A stretch of 64,000 nt of DNA from Octopus vulgaris. Lineage: Eukaryota. Below the pieces are notes generated by a model, which ran no database searches, was not told the DNA's origin, and saw nothing but the letters and a program-made list of their open reading frames with translations. The translations under genes and the position numbers were made by a program. Numbering within the stretch: position 1 is the first letter of the stretch; each line of letters begins with the position of its first letter. Positions 13,400-27,896 of this stretch are shown here, piece by piece. The stretch is from NCBI GenBank assembly GCA_951406725.2, contig OX597818.1, positions 116,622,001 to 116,686,000 on the forward strand, in the 5' to 3' direction.

Positions 13400-14230
13400 A
13401 AGGGAAGTCTCTGAGTTTCCTTTCCCTCATTTTTGTTTTGTCATTTACACTGCAACGAGCTGACATTTCTCGCTAAAATCTTTTCCTTCCCCATCATACC
13501 TATGCACGAATGGTGCAATTCAGTGCCATCTATTTCTCAGACCGAATAAGCGATAATTTTCTTTGCCATCGATATAGATTACATTAATATTGCTGTGGAA
13601 AATCGACCTCAAGACCTACTGTTTGCCTCTATCTTTTTAAGGTAACTCTTGCTACATTAAGCATAAAAGGTAGGCTTACGGCCCTGCTCTATCAGTTATA
13701 TTGCTCTGTTTCTGCCCTAAACATGACATACTTCAAAATATCCCTGTGGATAGGAACGACAGCAACTTGCAAATTCATGCTTTTACTTCATCACTTATCT
13801 CCCCTTGTTCAATTCGCACGTACTATACATCCCTGTTTCCCATCGAAAATGAAAACAGAACAAGGTTCACTCTCATAGCCAGTGCATCTGCATGTTACTC
13901 TAGTATACTGAAGGTCCATGTACTGCAGTGAAAAAACCTTTGGGGTGTAAATGTTCACTATCTTTGCTTACCATTTTGCCACGTCTTCTGTCCAGTAAAG
14001 AAGAGTAACAGATCCGCGCACTCTGTCTTTGTCAATAAATAAGATACTGTCATACACACCCGATATGGCATCCTTTATATTGTGGTTGGAGAGCTCGAAT
14101 ACGATCCCTCTGTTCGCGAGGGAGAAGTGTGTCAGCTCTTGGGTAATTTCCTCAGACAATGAGAGAATCTGTCAAGACACTCCTTCCAAAATTGCTTCCT
14201 CAAGTGGACCTCACCAGTATCTAAGATTTC
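13400..14230 (-). pseudogene. Possible decayed coding relic (LINE ORF1-like?)
   Basis: Higher-complexity sequence; frame ..EEITQELTHFSLANRGIVFELSNHNIKDAISGVYDSILFIDKDRVRGSVTLLYWTEDVAKW*AKIVNIYTPK.. is protein-like across stops but has no diagnostic motif. Confidence 0.3.
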
Positions 14231-14627
14231 CTTATTGAACTTGACATTTGTAGACCAGTATGTGCAAAGCTACAAGTTATCATCGTTGTTTTTGCAATTG
14301 TCAAGAGTGTCGATATATTAATTCCCATTTGTATTGAAAGCTGCAGACAAAACAATATTTTTGTCATCCAATTATTGATGCTTTTAATTACAGTATTTTT
14401 ATTAATTTTCTTCGTTTTTGCCATAATTTTCTGTACAGCTGTCAAACCTTTTAATGGAATGAATGTTTGTATCGAAGTTTTGTGTTGAAAATCAATATTC
14501 CAGCGTGTTTTTTGAGCAAATTGAGCGCCAATGATTAAGCAAAACTCTTACGTCTCCCTGAGACAGACATTTAAAAAACCGACAGTGCGGCCTTTCTAAG
14601 AAACGACCCCGTGAGCTGAGGTTGCTG

Positions 14628-14998
14628 TTTGTTTGTTGAGCGAAGCGGTCTTCGTCTCAGATTGGGAGAAGTCCGAAACGTGGTCCTTTGGTATTCGTAA
14701 GACCCGCAGAAGAGAAAGCAGGTCAACCCCTGACACTGAAAGCATCGATGGATAGATGAATGTGCATCCAGTCTCAGCGGTTGCGTAGGAAGTCGGGGAC
14801 AAAAAACAGGAAGAAAGAGTGAGAGAAAGTTGGAGTGAAAGAGTACAATAGGGGTCGCCACCACCCCCTGCCAGAGCCTCGTGGACTTCTAGGTGTTTTC
14901 GCTCAATAAACACACACAACGCCCGCTCTGGGAATCGAAACCGCGATCTTCTGACCGCGAATCCGCAGCCCTAACCACTGGGCCATTGCGCCTCCATT
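14628..14998 (-). mobile_element. SINE-C head with a distinct 3' module (iv)
   Basis: Minus-strand head ggaggcgcaatggcccagtggttaggg; 11-bp TSD tgaggttgctg at 14617-14627 and 14999-15009; (CAAA)n tail. Confidence 0.88.
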
Positions 14999-15878
14999 TG
15001 AGGTTGCTGCTGTTCGTAGTGTCACTGGCCAGTCTCAGCGGCAACGCGTTTGCAATCATATTCGCACGGCACGGCTAAATACGCCATTTGTTCTAGAATG
15101 TGCAACTGCTTAATTTCCCTTTTGTCTTTTTCATTGTTTCCTTGGTGAGGTAGTAATGGTTATGTTTTTTCTCGATAATTTGATCATTTATACCTTTCAT
15201 TTTTATAGCAAAATTATGTTGTTAATAAAAACAGTCTACCACGAAAAAAGAAAAAAGAAATATCAAAAATAAAATAAAAGAAATCATGCCTAGATATAAG
15301 CATAGTCTAGTCTGAAAAACGAGTGTGTCATTGCAAAGTATACGACGTATTCTCCTACCTATTTTATCTGCCTATGTAATAACAAGCATTGAAACTCTCT
15401 CGGTTCTCCCACCTTTGACCCAGGGGAAGTCTCAGGTGAGGGAGAGAGGACTGTTCCAACAACCGGTGCGTACTCATTTCTGCTAAATAAAATAAAGAAC
15501 TTGAAAGGAAATGCCTTGGTGAAGGGCACAACCACCATTCGGCCAGTATTCAAATATACAGTTTAATGAATCCCCAGTAATCCCCAAACCACAATCAGTA
15601 GAGCAATCGCCTTCATAAGGCGTAGATATAGATTTAATGGAAGTTCTTATTCATAAATACACAAAAGTAGGCAGAGAGAATTAATAACATGAGCAAAGTA
15701 CATCGCGAGGAACAAAACCTGAAATATTACTTGAGTGGCGAACAGTGAACTTTCATATAACTACCAAAGTACGATCGTTGGATAAGTTAAGCATAACGGC
15801 GATCAGCACAAATTTGCACCAATCTATGTATGTATGTATGTATGTATGTATTAATAAGTATGTGAAGTTATGTGTGTC

Positions 15879-15939
<61 letters not shown>

Positions 15940-16519
15940 GTGCGCGCAGAGACACACCCACCCACACACACATATATTAATATATATATGTATATAATTC
16001 CATTTATCTATATGACGTGTGTGTATGTGTTTAATTGACTTAAAGGTTTGGTCGCTTTAATTTATCGATACTGCTGTACATAGGGTAAATGTGTTTGAAA
16101 GTCTTGGTTTCTTTGGTATGTTTGTTCCCTAACAACACTTATTTTGGTGCTGTTAACACTGCTGGATTGAATGGTACTGCCCAGGTGTCGAAACCATAAT
16201 GATATCTGTGGGGCAGCTGATGATGGAAGTATGTTGGATTGTTGGTATGGCTGTTTTTTATATGTGGAATAGTATTATAACACAACCTTTTGATATATGT
16301 GTGTGTGTATGTACATATGTGTGCGTGTGCATATGTAAATATATGTGTGCGTGCGTATGTTTATATATTTGTGGGCGTGTCTGTTTAAAATACATAACCG
16401 TACTGAGCTGTAGATCACTTACCAAATGTCTTCTAATTAGTGGAAATCAGTACCCGGTGGAGCTTCTTCGCAATCTTCATGATCACTTCATAATCTTTAT
16501 GTTGACTAAACGGTTGAGT

Positions 16520-16864
16520 GTATACAAATCAAAAACAAGGTGTACGTTTGTTCTGGCTCACAAGACAAGTATGAATCTAAAATTGCCCATAATGAGATTA
16601 TACATAATCTTTATGTTGACTAAAGCGATCACGTTTATACTGTGGGAACCGCTGGCCGAATATGGCTACTCGTAGAATTCCATAAAACTCACACAGTTTC
16701 TGTAAGATAACATGAAAGCCTATATGTGAAGTTACAAGCTTATATGTGAAGTTGGGCATATGTTGGTTCCCATTTTATTCTCGGTCATATTCAATCTCAT
16801 TATTGGCAATTTTAAACTCATACTTTTCTTGTGAGAACGTACACCTTGTATTTGATTTGTATAC
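16520..16864. mobile_element. Foldback/MITE-like element with ~75-bp inverted arms
   Basis: 16520-16599 is the reverse complement of 16793-16864 apart from an 8-bp indel and a few mismatches. Confidence 0.7.
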
Positions 16865-17135
16865 CTTCAGCCCTTGTAAGGGATACTCAGTATAATCCCC
16901 ATGAGAAATTGGAATTAATTGCAAAGTATCCGTCGTGGTGAGATCTGAACTAGCGTTTGATTCCGATTGCCGTGAAAGCAACGTTTTCTCGTTATGAATA
17001 GCTAACCTTAACATTGTTTGGTTTAAAGAACTAATGACATTTGAGAGTATATAGCAAGTACGGATTTGCAAAGGAATGAAATTTCTTGGTTATATCCTAT
17101 ATATCTGTCAGCAAATTCAGAGAGCCCAAACAGAA

Positions 17136-17203
<68 letters not shown>

Positions 17204-17500
17204 TATAGATAAATGAAAGAATGGAGTCGAACGACGATTTAACAAAATTCCTTTATTCCTATATATTAATATAGCTACTTTATAAACATGTAGACTTTGT
17301 ATATTGGAAAATTTTCAAAGGCTGACAAAGATTATAATATATTTAACAGAAATACCAAGGCATTCCATAACTGATAGCACAGGGTGACATTGCTCATGGA
17401 ACATCTAAACCGGCTATAAATGCCGAAAATTCCGTCGCAACTTCAAGTAACTATCGATTAAGAGAAAAGCTGACCATATCACATGTCGATGAATATATAC

Positions 17501-17554
<54 letters not shown>

Positions 17555-18677
17555 TATATATATATATATATTATATATACTATATCACATGTTGACGAAT
17601 ATATAGTTAAGATGTTTAGGCGTGTAAATTTGCAAATAGTTGTATTTTCGGCGATGCGAGTAACAAAACCCATAATACTAACGACAAATAAGGTGCAACA
17701 TACTCAGGGATCCGTGGTTACCCTCGAAAACGCACGCACACACGCGCTCGCGCGCACACGCACACATGCACACACACACATGCACACACACACACGCACT
17801 CACTCACACACATGCACTCACTCATGCGTGCTCGCATGTTTACATATATATGTGTATATATGTTTGTTTACATTGGTTTAGATCCAAAGGCGCATGGAAA
17901 GCTACAACAAATTTATAAACATTTATTTATCGAGTTGACATATAGAATGACAAAAGAATTTTTTATTAACTTTATTACGTGTGTGATTTCTGTTTGCGCA
18001 ATATGATTTAAGAGTCGTTGTGGCCAGAAATATATGCGGTCTGTCAAATGTCACTCGGTGGCTGAACAAATTTCAGATTTATTAATACGATGACAGTTTG
18101 GCCATTGAAATATTTTATGTCCCCTCACGTTGCATAATATTCATGCTTGGGTATGTATATTCACTAAGATATATAATAGATTACGGTAACAGAATAAATG
18201 GGCTCAATCGATTTATGCAACAGTTATGGGAGAAATCGTTCGATAACCAATCAATAACAAATTAATGTATCAGGAAATATAAATATACATAGATCCCGAT
18301 TAATGCGATGTTTCCGGCTTTGGCTGTGAGCAATATGATTCAAAATCCTTTACATGTGTTTATACATGCTTTCATATGCATTATCGCGTATAATACAATG
18401 GTATACATACTCGCGTACGCACACGCCTACTTATACTCGCATACATTCGCAAAAGCAAGCACATGCATAATGTTAATAGTAGATAAAAATTAGAACACAA
18501 AAATTAGGAAGATGAAATTGAATACTGTTTAGGAAATTCGCTCACCCGCGAACAACATCCTACAATCCACGAATTTGTTGTAACAGACACGACTGGGCGT
18601 GACTTTTTTTCGTTGCCCTATCGAATTTTCGAACCTACATTCTTATATTCATTTGAAGTCATGATCTATATATATAT

Positions 18678-19042
18678 AGGCGTAGGAGTGGCTGTGTGGT
18701 AAGTAGCTTGCTTACGAACTACATTGTTCCGGGTTCAGTCCCACTACGTAGCACCTTGGTCAAGTGTCTTCTACTATAGCCTTGGGCCGACCAAAGCCTT
18801 GTGCGTGGATTTGGTAGACTGAAACTGAACGAAGCCCGTCGTATATATGTATATACATATACTCTTTTACTCTTTTACTTGTTTCAGTCATTTGAATGCG
18901 GCAACTCAACCCCGGGACTTATTCATTGTAAGCCCAGTACTTATTCTATCGCTCCCTTTTGCCGAACCGCTAAGTGACGGGGACATAAACACACCAGCAT
19001 CGGTTGTCAAGCAATGCTAGGGGACAAACACAAACATACACG

Positions 19043-19076
<34 letters not shown>

Positions 19077-19310
19077 CATATATACGACGGGCTTCTTTCA
19101 GTTTCCATCTACCAAATCAACTCACATGGCTTTGGTCGGCCCGATGCTGGTGTGTTTACGTCCCCGTAACTTAGCAGTTCGGCAAAAGAGACCGATACAA
19201 TAAGTACTAGGCTTCCCAAGAATAAGTCCTGGGATCGATTTGCTCGACTAAAGGTGGTGCTCCAGCATGGCCATAGTCAAATGACTGAACCAAGTAAAAG
19301 AGTAAAAGAA
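18678..19310. mobile_element. Nested SINE-B: plus 5' half / inverted headless copy (18862-19144) / plus 3' half
   Basis: Comparison with the full copy at 50895-51355. Confidence 0.88.
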
Positions 19311-19852
19311 TACCACGGATATTGAAAAAAAATAAACGGTGAGCATGCTCTTGATTAAACTACTCCTCTGTCGTGCTTTTTAAGCGCCTTTGCCACTCAA
19401 AGCACTGCGTACGACTCATTGCCTCGTCACCGTAAGCTTGGCAAAACATGCTCAATGTCTCTGTAGTAGACGTCTCGACTTTCTTTGTTTCTCGAGTTTC
19501 TTGAGGCTCTTTGTTTCAACTTCCTGTCCATGACACTAATCACAGATTACGGCAGACACGTGATCACAAAAACATAAATTTCACAACTTGCAAAGTAAAC
19601 ATAGCGATGTCACTGGACACACTATCTCATGAAGGTCACTGCTAGCTCATACTGGAATGCAACCATGTGCCGCCATCTGTTTGCGCGCTACAGAACTAGT
19701 CCGGCAACTTTTTGATACCACCTCATACTTAGAACGAAAACAACACTAACAGTCATAACAGACGATAGAAAGCAATTCTCTCCATCCACCCCTCTCTTTC
19801 TTCACATATGCATACATAAATACATACATACACACATGCATACATACGTTTA

Positions 19853-19853
19853 C

Positions 19854-19930
<77 letters not shown>
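19853..19930. repeat. (ATCT)n microsatellite
   Basis: Direct reading. Confidence 0.95.
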
Positions 19931-19949
19931 ACGCTCTGGCAACCAAATA

Positions 19950-20325
19950 TTTCTGGGCAAATGCTTTCTTCTATAGCGTCGAGTATACCACATCCTTATG
20001 AGTGTATTTGCTAGACGCAGGCTGAAAGAGGCCAGTTGTATGTGTGTGTGTATGTATAAGTGTATGTATGTATATGCGTGTTTGTGTTTATGTGTTTGTG
20101 TGTATATTTTTGTATCCGTGTCTTTTCCCCAATCTCCGCCTGACGATAGGTACTGGTTTCTTTACGTACTATCAATCTAGTGGTTCGGCAAATGAAAGCA
20201 ATAGATTAAGTACTCGGGTTAAAACAGGAAAAATAGTATTAGGAACGATTTGTTCTAACAGACTTGTTCAATGCGATGTTCCAGCATGGTTACAGTTTAA
20301 TGTCTGAAACTGGTAAAATATGAAA
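19950..20325 (+). mobile_element. Old diverged SINE-B
   Basis: tgggcaaatgctttcttctatagc..ggttcggcaaa..ccagcatgg. Confidence 0.7.
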
Positions 20326-20702
20326 TATATAGTTAAGTATATATATATAGGTGTGTTGTCTCTCTGTCATCCATACGTATTGATAAGTAATGGAGTTTGG
20401 TGCAAGCCTAGGATGGATGCCTGGAGATTTCGTGATGTTTAGGTGCCAGAGGTTTTCCTCTAAAACTTGCTCACCTGGTCCAAAATAATGCTGAACACTC
20501 TAATGGATGCAAGAGTTTCGGAATAAATTTTATGTCGAACAAGGGACCCCAGTGTAGCAGCGAGGAGAACAGAAATTATGTTGCCCTATGTATATTCTAG
20601 AATTTGATGCGAAATATATATTTTGGAGCCAAAGATGATGGTAAGCATTCTTTGAAGAGTAATGATGCAGACAAAAAAATTATGTTGTTATCTTAGCTAT
20701 TC

Positions 20703-20895
20703 AGGTGGTGAGCAGGCACAGTCGTTAGAATTCCGGATAAAATGCTGGGTTGTATTTCGTCCGTCTTTACGTTCTGGTTTCAGATTACACCGAGGTTGTC
20801 TTTACCCTTTATTCTTTTGGGTTCCATAAAAATAAATACCAATTCAAGAGTTTCTCCTCCTAATTGCTGACCTTCTGCCTATAGTAGAAAGATTT
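20703..20895 (+). mobile_element. Old diverged SINE-A
   Basis: ggtggtgagcaggcacagtcgttag..gcctatagtagaaag. Confidence 0.65.
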
Positions 20896-21397
20896 ATTAC
20901 CTCAGCTGTCAAAAATAACCGAGACATTAGTATAGCTATAGCTCTCAAACTAAGCGGTTTGCTTTCCGATCACCTACATCACGGCTCAAGTCCAAGACTT
21001 GGCTTGATAAGGCTGTGTATTACTTTATAACCTTATACAGCTTCATAAATTTGTATTTATATGTTTTTTCTTCATAACGTTTGTCAGCCCTTCAAAATTT
21101 ATAACTAACAAGTAAATATTTGGTGTATGCACATCATTATGTGTTGAATGGTTGATTTTTCGCTCGAATATTTTAGAATCACTGAAAAAGAAAACTTGTT
21201 TTCATTTATTAAACTCATTTATGTAACAACGTTAAATTTATTATTTTACATATTGCTTGCTAAAATAATCAATTTGATATGTTAATGGCTCCACACAGAC
21301 AAAGTAAATATATTATTACATTCGGTATTTAAATGCTTCATAATGCACATACGCGTGTATAGATACAAAACTGTGTTTGTAAATGCCTGTACATACA

Positions 21398-21472
<75 letters not shown>

Positions 21473-22430
21473 TGATCATCAACTTAATGTGAAGGCTGTG
21501 TTAGAATATCATTAATTATTTTATATGTATGTATGTATGAATGCATGTATAACGCATGTGTTTGTATCGTGAGAAATATATATATAGGAAGATAGATCGA
21601 TTGATATATACATACATACACCCCCACACCCCCACAGAGATAAATATGTGTGTGCGTGTGTGTCTGTTTTCTAATTAATGCCGAAATTATGTTTGCATAC
21701 AGGATGAGATATTTCACTTCCAATTCATTCATTCAAATATTCAGAGCTTCTGTTCATTATAAATTTAATTTCATATCTACTTATCCAATAATATACTGTT
21801 TACAAGTGAAATTTTGTTGAAATAATATATTATAAGTGTCGAAATTAAACACTGAATTTCAAGGCTATGTTTTACAAAACAGCACCATGACATTTAGATC
21901 AGCTTAAATATGATTGGAACATATTTGAACTGTATAAAGGTCATATCCACTGTTGTTTGCCAGTGAGAAACACTTCATAATTTTGGCAATAGGTACCTTT
22001 CGAGGCGGAACGATGAATGCATTTCAAGCTTCTCAACAAAGGCAGTTCTGGATTGTCTTTAAAAGCAATCGTTTCCGTATTGTATGTGAATCAACACCCA
22101 GCATGAGTTCATCGACGATTGCCTCGGTTTTCTAATTATTTTTATACAAAATCAGCTACTTTAAAAGAAGAGATTAGTTGATGCCAATAACTATAGTGCG
22201 TGATTGGTACTTTATGATATCGTTCCCTAAGAATCGGAAGATAAAGATCGTCTCAGCAAGATTTGAACTCAGTAGAACGTAAATAGCCTAAATAATAACA
22301 CAACGCACTCTCTCTGATCTGCCAATTCTTCCACTTTATAATAATGTTTTCTGATTTAGTCATTAGGTCAGCAATTTTTAGAGAACTGGGTTAGCCAACA
22401 CTATTGGTCTCAGAACTATACTCTTATATA

Positions 22431-22747
22431 GATGAAGGCGCATGGCTCAGTAGTCAGAGCGTCGAACTTACGACTGTCAGGTTGTGAGTTCGAATCCCGG
22501 ATCGGGCTGCGTGTTGTGTTCTTGAGCAAGACACTTAATTTTACGTTGCTCCAGTTACCTCAGCTGTAGAAATGAGTTGCGACGCCACGGGTTCCATCTG
22601 TATCGGCGTTTGCCTTTCCATTGGATAACACTGGTGGCGTGGAGAGGGGAGGCCGGTATGCATGGGTGACTTTGCCTGGATTTGTGCCTGGGCGGGTAAC
22701 TTTCTAGGTGCAATCCCATGGTCATTCGTGACCGAAGGGGTTCCTTC
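22431..22747 (+). mobile_element. SINE-D
   Basis: Matches the 10071 copy; 11-bp TSD actcttatata. Confidence 0.9.
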
Positions 22748-23674
22748 ACTCTTATATATTTCTTGCTAGAGAATGAGGCTATCCTTAATGACTAAAGGCT
22801 GCAGGCACAATGCAAAACTAAAGCCAGGCTATTGCTCAGCAGGTCATACCTTATCACTATGGGTGACTTGAGGCTCCTGTTTACCTCTAACTGAAAAATA
22901 CAGGCTTTAACTGTAACTCACTGCTTCAGACCTGACAATCCAGTATTTTGGTATTCCCAAAACTACACTATATAACTTGTCACTTCTCCGTAAAGACAAT
23001 AGGACAGGATTTGAGAGAATTTCATTCATAATTGTAGCAAGTTTAGGAACAATGTAGAAGCTCCGGGTTGCTTAATAATGTGTCTGCTCAGGTTTAAAGC
23101 AGTGAGTTATAGTTAAAGCCTAAAATATAATACATTCAATTATTTGTTCCGGCTGTTTTTCGTCTATGTTCAAAGCATGGAGACTTACTTTGCAATGTAT
23201 GTTTTTATGAGAGATCAATAAAGTGCAGACCAAGGAAGACAAATTGGGCTTATTTATTCGTGATCGGTTTCGCTGTCATTGCGTTCTGATAGCAACGGCT
23301 TCGACGGCAATGGTTAGTAAAACCTCTAACCTTTCGTTCAGACATCGTCACTGACGCAACATCAGATATGCATGCAAACGTAACTGCTGGTTGTAGAAAA
23401 TGGCACCTTGTCAATGAGTAACATCCAAATGCAGAACTATCATTGAACATAATAATAAGGACACATATCCGTACAATGTAAATAATGTAAATAATGTACA
23501 GAATTCTACATCTCTAAAATATAGAACAGAATAAAAGCTACAAGTGTAGGAAACCATTATATCCATGCATAATAACGTTTCACTCTGAAACATTCTGTCA
23601 TTTCAATTTGAGTGGATTGAGTTTCATTTGCTTGTCTTACTGAAATTGATAAATCATTCAGTGCTAAATATTAG

Positions 23675-23888
23675 TTTCAAATTTGGGCATGAGGCTAGCA
23701 GTTTTAGAGGAAGGGTTAAGATGGTTATATAGACCCCAGTGTTCAACTGGTACTAATATTGTCGAACCCGAAAGAACGAAAGGCAAAGTGGACTCCAGTA
23801 GCGTTTGACCTCAGAACGTAAAGAGCCAACAAAAACGCCGCTTAGCATTTTGTCCGACGCGCTATCGATTTTGCCTAGTCACCGCTTT
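23675..23888 (-). mobile_element. Diverged SINE-A
   Basis: gaccccagtgttcaactggtact..cccgaaagaacgaaaggcaaag. Confidence 0.75.
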
Positions 23889-24590
23889 TGAAGGACTACG
23901 GTGATTGCTGTTTAATAAATACCAAATTAAGGTAACTTTGTTGCATTCGAGCAAAATCAGGAGAAATATTTACGTAAATTAAGATAAGAAACCAGCTCAT
24001 GGACCTGTTTCGCTGGGCGGTCGCAATCATAACATGAATTGGCCAAATATACATCATATGTTGACGATCAATACACTTCCGTTTGCTAATATTATGAAAA
24101 TTTTGTATTTATTCTTTTTAGATCACTTAATAAATATCTTAGCAACGCGTCGCTTTTTAAAAGAACAAACTTTTCTCCTTGGCTGGTGATTTATTGCACG
24201 TCAAAAATGAATAACAAAATGTCATTAGATTTAGTGAGTTCTAAATGAATTATACTCCTATATTTAGTTATAATTTTTGAAGACGGAAACAACAAATACA
24301 GTTTCAAATAAAATTTATAACAAGACTTTTGCTTATCAATTACAACTCAACAATACATTGGTAAAAATGATAACAAACAGACAGGGGCATTCGCTACATT
24401 AACAAAATGGTTTACGTTTTTTTTTTCTGTGGTTTTATATTGCAATCTGCAAAAGCCACTCCACATTTATATGTAATTACGTATGTGTGCGTGTGTGTGT
24501 GTGTGTGTGTGCGTATGCATTCGTGTCTGCCGCTTTATTTCATTGAACAGTCGTTCACGACGAGAGAATCCATTATACATACATACATAC

Positions 24591-24665
<75 letters not shown>

Positions 24666-24666
<1 letters not shown>

Positions 24667-24955
24667 GATATTTGTTGTTTTTTTCTTCAATTTCTGCAAT
24701 TTCAACCAATCACTGACGTCCATTGAGGTAAAAAAAACATTCTGTGCCGTGTGAATATGCCCCTCGTTTAAGAAACAGATTGGGTTTATTTACATTTGTG
24801 AAGAAAAAAAAGATACCCTTACCCCCACCCCTAACCCTAACTAACCCTAACCCTAAAACATTGAAATGCAATAGATCGATACTAGGGTCATAATTATGGG
24901 TGACAATTTCATATGACACCGCTAGAAAAAACTGCCGTTCAAACCGAAAAGATCC
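24666..24955 (-). mobile_element. Truncated copy of the Merlin-like MITE at 29286
   Basis: Reverse complement of about 29286-29575 including TIR and (CCCTAA)n; ends beside a (TA)n tract. Confidence 0.85.
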
Positions 24956-25169
24956 CGTAATGTTATTGCTTATGAGAATTTAAGTTACAAGAAACACTTA
25001 GCAATGATGTTCGTCACTTGGTGCTGGTGGTCCTTAATCGGAAATGTCTTGACCATTTTTATTTCTTAAATGTATCAAAGGAGTAATTTATGCTTCATAG
25101 TCTATCAATTGCTCTATGCCACAGGGTCCGAGGTTCTGTTATGATTCCCATATTCTTGCATCCTTTCAT

Positions 25170-25350
25170 AGATGTCTCGGTATGGAAGACGCGAATGAAA
25201 GGGATTGCGACAGGTCAATTCATCTCCGGACGTGGGCTGGTGAATTATTTCGCCGCCCATCTTTCCAGCAAGATCCGTCAGGAGAAGCGGAGCCTGCCGC
25301 AAAGAGTATTTGGGAAAAGATGAACGGAAGTAGTAAGAAAGATGATAATG
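25170..25350 (+). pseudogene. Probable C-terminal fragment of a Tx1/L1-like LINE ORF2
   Basis: VWKTRMKGIATGQFISGRGLVNYFAAHLSSKIRQEKRSLPQRVFGKR* resembles the 'IW.TR....F..RW' C-terminus of Tx1-type ORF2 (recognised from memory). Confidence 0.5.
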
Positions 25351-26454
25351 CAAAGAGCCGTGCTTGCATAAAAGGACGGAAATGATTACCAAAAAAAGGA
25401 ATCAAGCGGCGGGTTAGTTCACTAACCTGAAAAACAGTGATAAATTAACATCTATATTTTTAACTTCACATAATCCGTCATACATATCTATAAATCCATT
25501 CGTTTTTAATCTTTTGTAAAGAGTGCTTCTGACCCTTATATGTTCCTTGCCTGTCCTTGTTTGTCCCCTCTATGTTTCCTTTTTATTGGAAATAAAGAAA
25601 AACTGTTAATAGATGTCTTGCTATCACATATTTCCCAAGGACAACGCATCTCTACAGATGCTAGTTTTCTTCTGTCATGCACTATACTTCACACAGATCG
25701 ATTGGGCCGAGTTGTTGTCAAACACATCAAACAAGAAAAGAAGTAAAGACGACTCTACATATGAAGCTCTCCCTCTCTTAATGTGTAGTGCCATTGTCAG
25801 TGGTGTCGAGCAGATGCTTCCTCAAACACACAGTAACCAAGACATGTTTGCAACATTTTTAAGCGTAACGTATTTGGATTATCGCTATTCAGTTAGTAAT
25901 GCAATATGGTGTGTCTGTCATTTGGCTAATATTTATGGCCTGTTGAGCAATAAAAAAGAGCTGCGTTGCTCTCTGATTTTGATATACAATATTAACGTAG
26001 GAAAATAAAGCAACAATAATGGAGTTCAGGTGTTGACATCTGCAACGTTGTGAGTTCAAATTACAAGGGCGTACATTTTGTCTTCTGTTTTTCGGCTCGA
26101 TAAAAAGATTACAAGCATTTGCTGTTTGTTTGCAATTATGTAGAGTGGGTCATTTGAGTGTATCTGATAGTTAGAAATTATTGAAATATACTTCCCCAGT
26201 TGTATTTAATCAATGCTTTCTATCATCGATCAAAGCTATCATGATACATGACAGGCAATTATTTTCCTCTACCGCAAGGAATAAATGTCCTATTCGACTC
26301 TAGAAAGATATAAACTCAAACCAAAAATGAACATGATTAATGATCACAAATCTTCGTTCCCAATATTCTAAGAATCCTACCGCACACCCCTCTTCGTGGT
26401 TACAGCTATTAAATCTTTAACCTGAAACAGAAGATACATTTGCCTTAAGATTAA

Positions 26455-26766
26455 GGAGCTCTCCGTCGGTTACGACGACGAGGGTCCCAGCGGATACAAT
26501 CAACGGAACATATAGCTCGTGAAATTAACGTGCAAGTGGCTGAGCACTCCGCAGACACGTGTACCTTTAACATAGTTCTCAGGGTGTCAAAGAGTGCAAC
26601 AATGCTGGCCCTTTGAAATACATATACTTGTCATTTTTGCCAGCTGAGTGGACTGGAGCAACGTGAATAAAGTGTCTTACTCAAGGACACAACGCGTCGC
26701 CGGGAATTGAACTCACGACTTTACCAACGTGAGCGGAATGCCCTAACCACTAAGCCACGATCCTTC
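26455..26766 (-). mobile_element. Chimeric SINE: D-type head/CORE-like domain plus module iii
   Basis: Minus strand: gtggcttagtggttaggg..gttgtgtccttgagtaagacactttattcacgttgctccagtccactcagctg..ccacttgcacgttaatttcacgag..gtcgtcgtaaccgacggag. Confidence 0.85.
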
Positions 26767-26991
26767 CTTGAGACTAGAATGGACCAATGAATGGTATCGT
26801 AATTTCAGTAGTTTGAAAGGACATTATTTAAGACAGACCAACTTGTCTGTTGTTAGCTTCGAGCATTACATTTGCATGGATATTACAATATTGTATGGGG
26901 CATCTCAGAAGGGTAATCGATTATCCCTGTGAGGATAGGGAATAGCCGAAATAGATCACATCACAATATTCTGTCCGTTGCTGGAATAAAT

Positions 26992-26993
<2 letters not shown>

Positions 26994-27039
<46 letters not shown>
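26994..27039. repeat. (GA)n microsatellite
   Basis: Direct reading. Confidence 0.95.
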
Positions 27040-27041
<2 letters not shown>

Positions 27042-27147
27042 ATTTACGACTGAGAAGTGAAACAGTATCAATTCAATTTGACTTTCACACATTGCTCTAT
27101 GATACAGGGTCCAAAGTTCTCTCATGATTCATATATATATATATATG

Positions 27148-27222
<75 letters not shown>

Positions 27223-27896
27223 TAATGAAGGAATATGATTCCAAACTTACAGGGAAAAATTCAATTTAGTAATACTAAATCAAATTTCACAATATGATCT
27301 ACGCATTCAATTAGTTTACAAAATGATTCCGTATCGCTCAACCACGTGTAACCTGAACAAAACGCTCGTTGGGAATCAGCGTATCACAGTGTAACACACT
27401 GTGACAGGGTTGAAACCCTTGAATTACATGTTTATTTCACCCGACGGGTTTCCTCATATTTATGCACGCGGTTTAGTTTGGACCCAAGACTGACGCAGTT
27501 GGAGCGAACACGTATTTTATGATTACGAAATGAACTTCTTCACCACGTAGCTACCTGTATTATCCATCTCATAATTAATCATAAAATGAAATTTGAATGA
27601 ATGGACATTGTAATTGCTTTTTTTTGTTTTAGTTCAAACAAATAATCTACACATTTGTTTTTCATTTTTTAACTCCACATATTTTGACATAAAACATTAA
27701 GAGCAACAATTGTGTTTTAAGTGGATCATCTGCCTTTCTTTTTTTTTTAATTTCTTTGCTTTATTCAAATTTTTTAAATATTTTGTTGTGTATTCTGGTG
27801 AGAAGCTATCAATTAACTCAGCATCACAAAGTCGACAAAGCTTTCTGTGATCTTCATTTTTTTCTTCTTGTTCTCAGTACTTCCTACAGATAAAAT

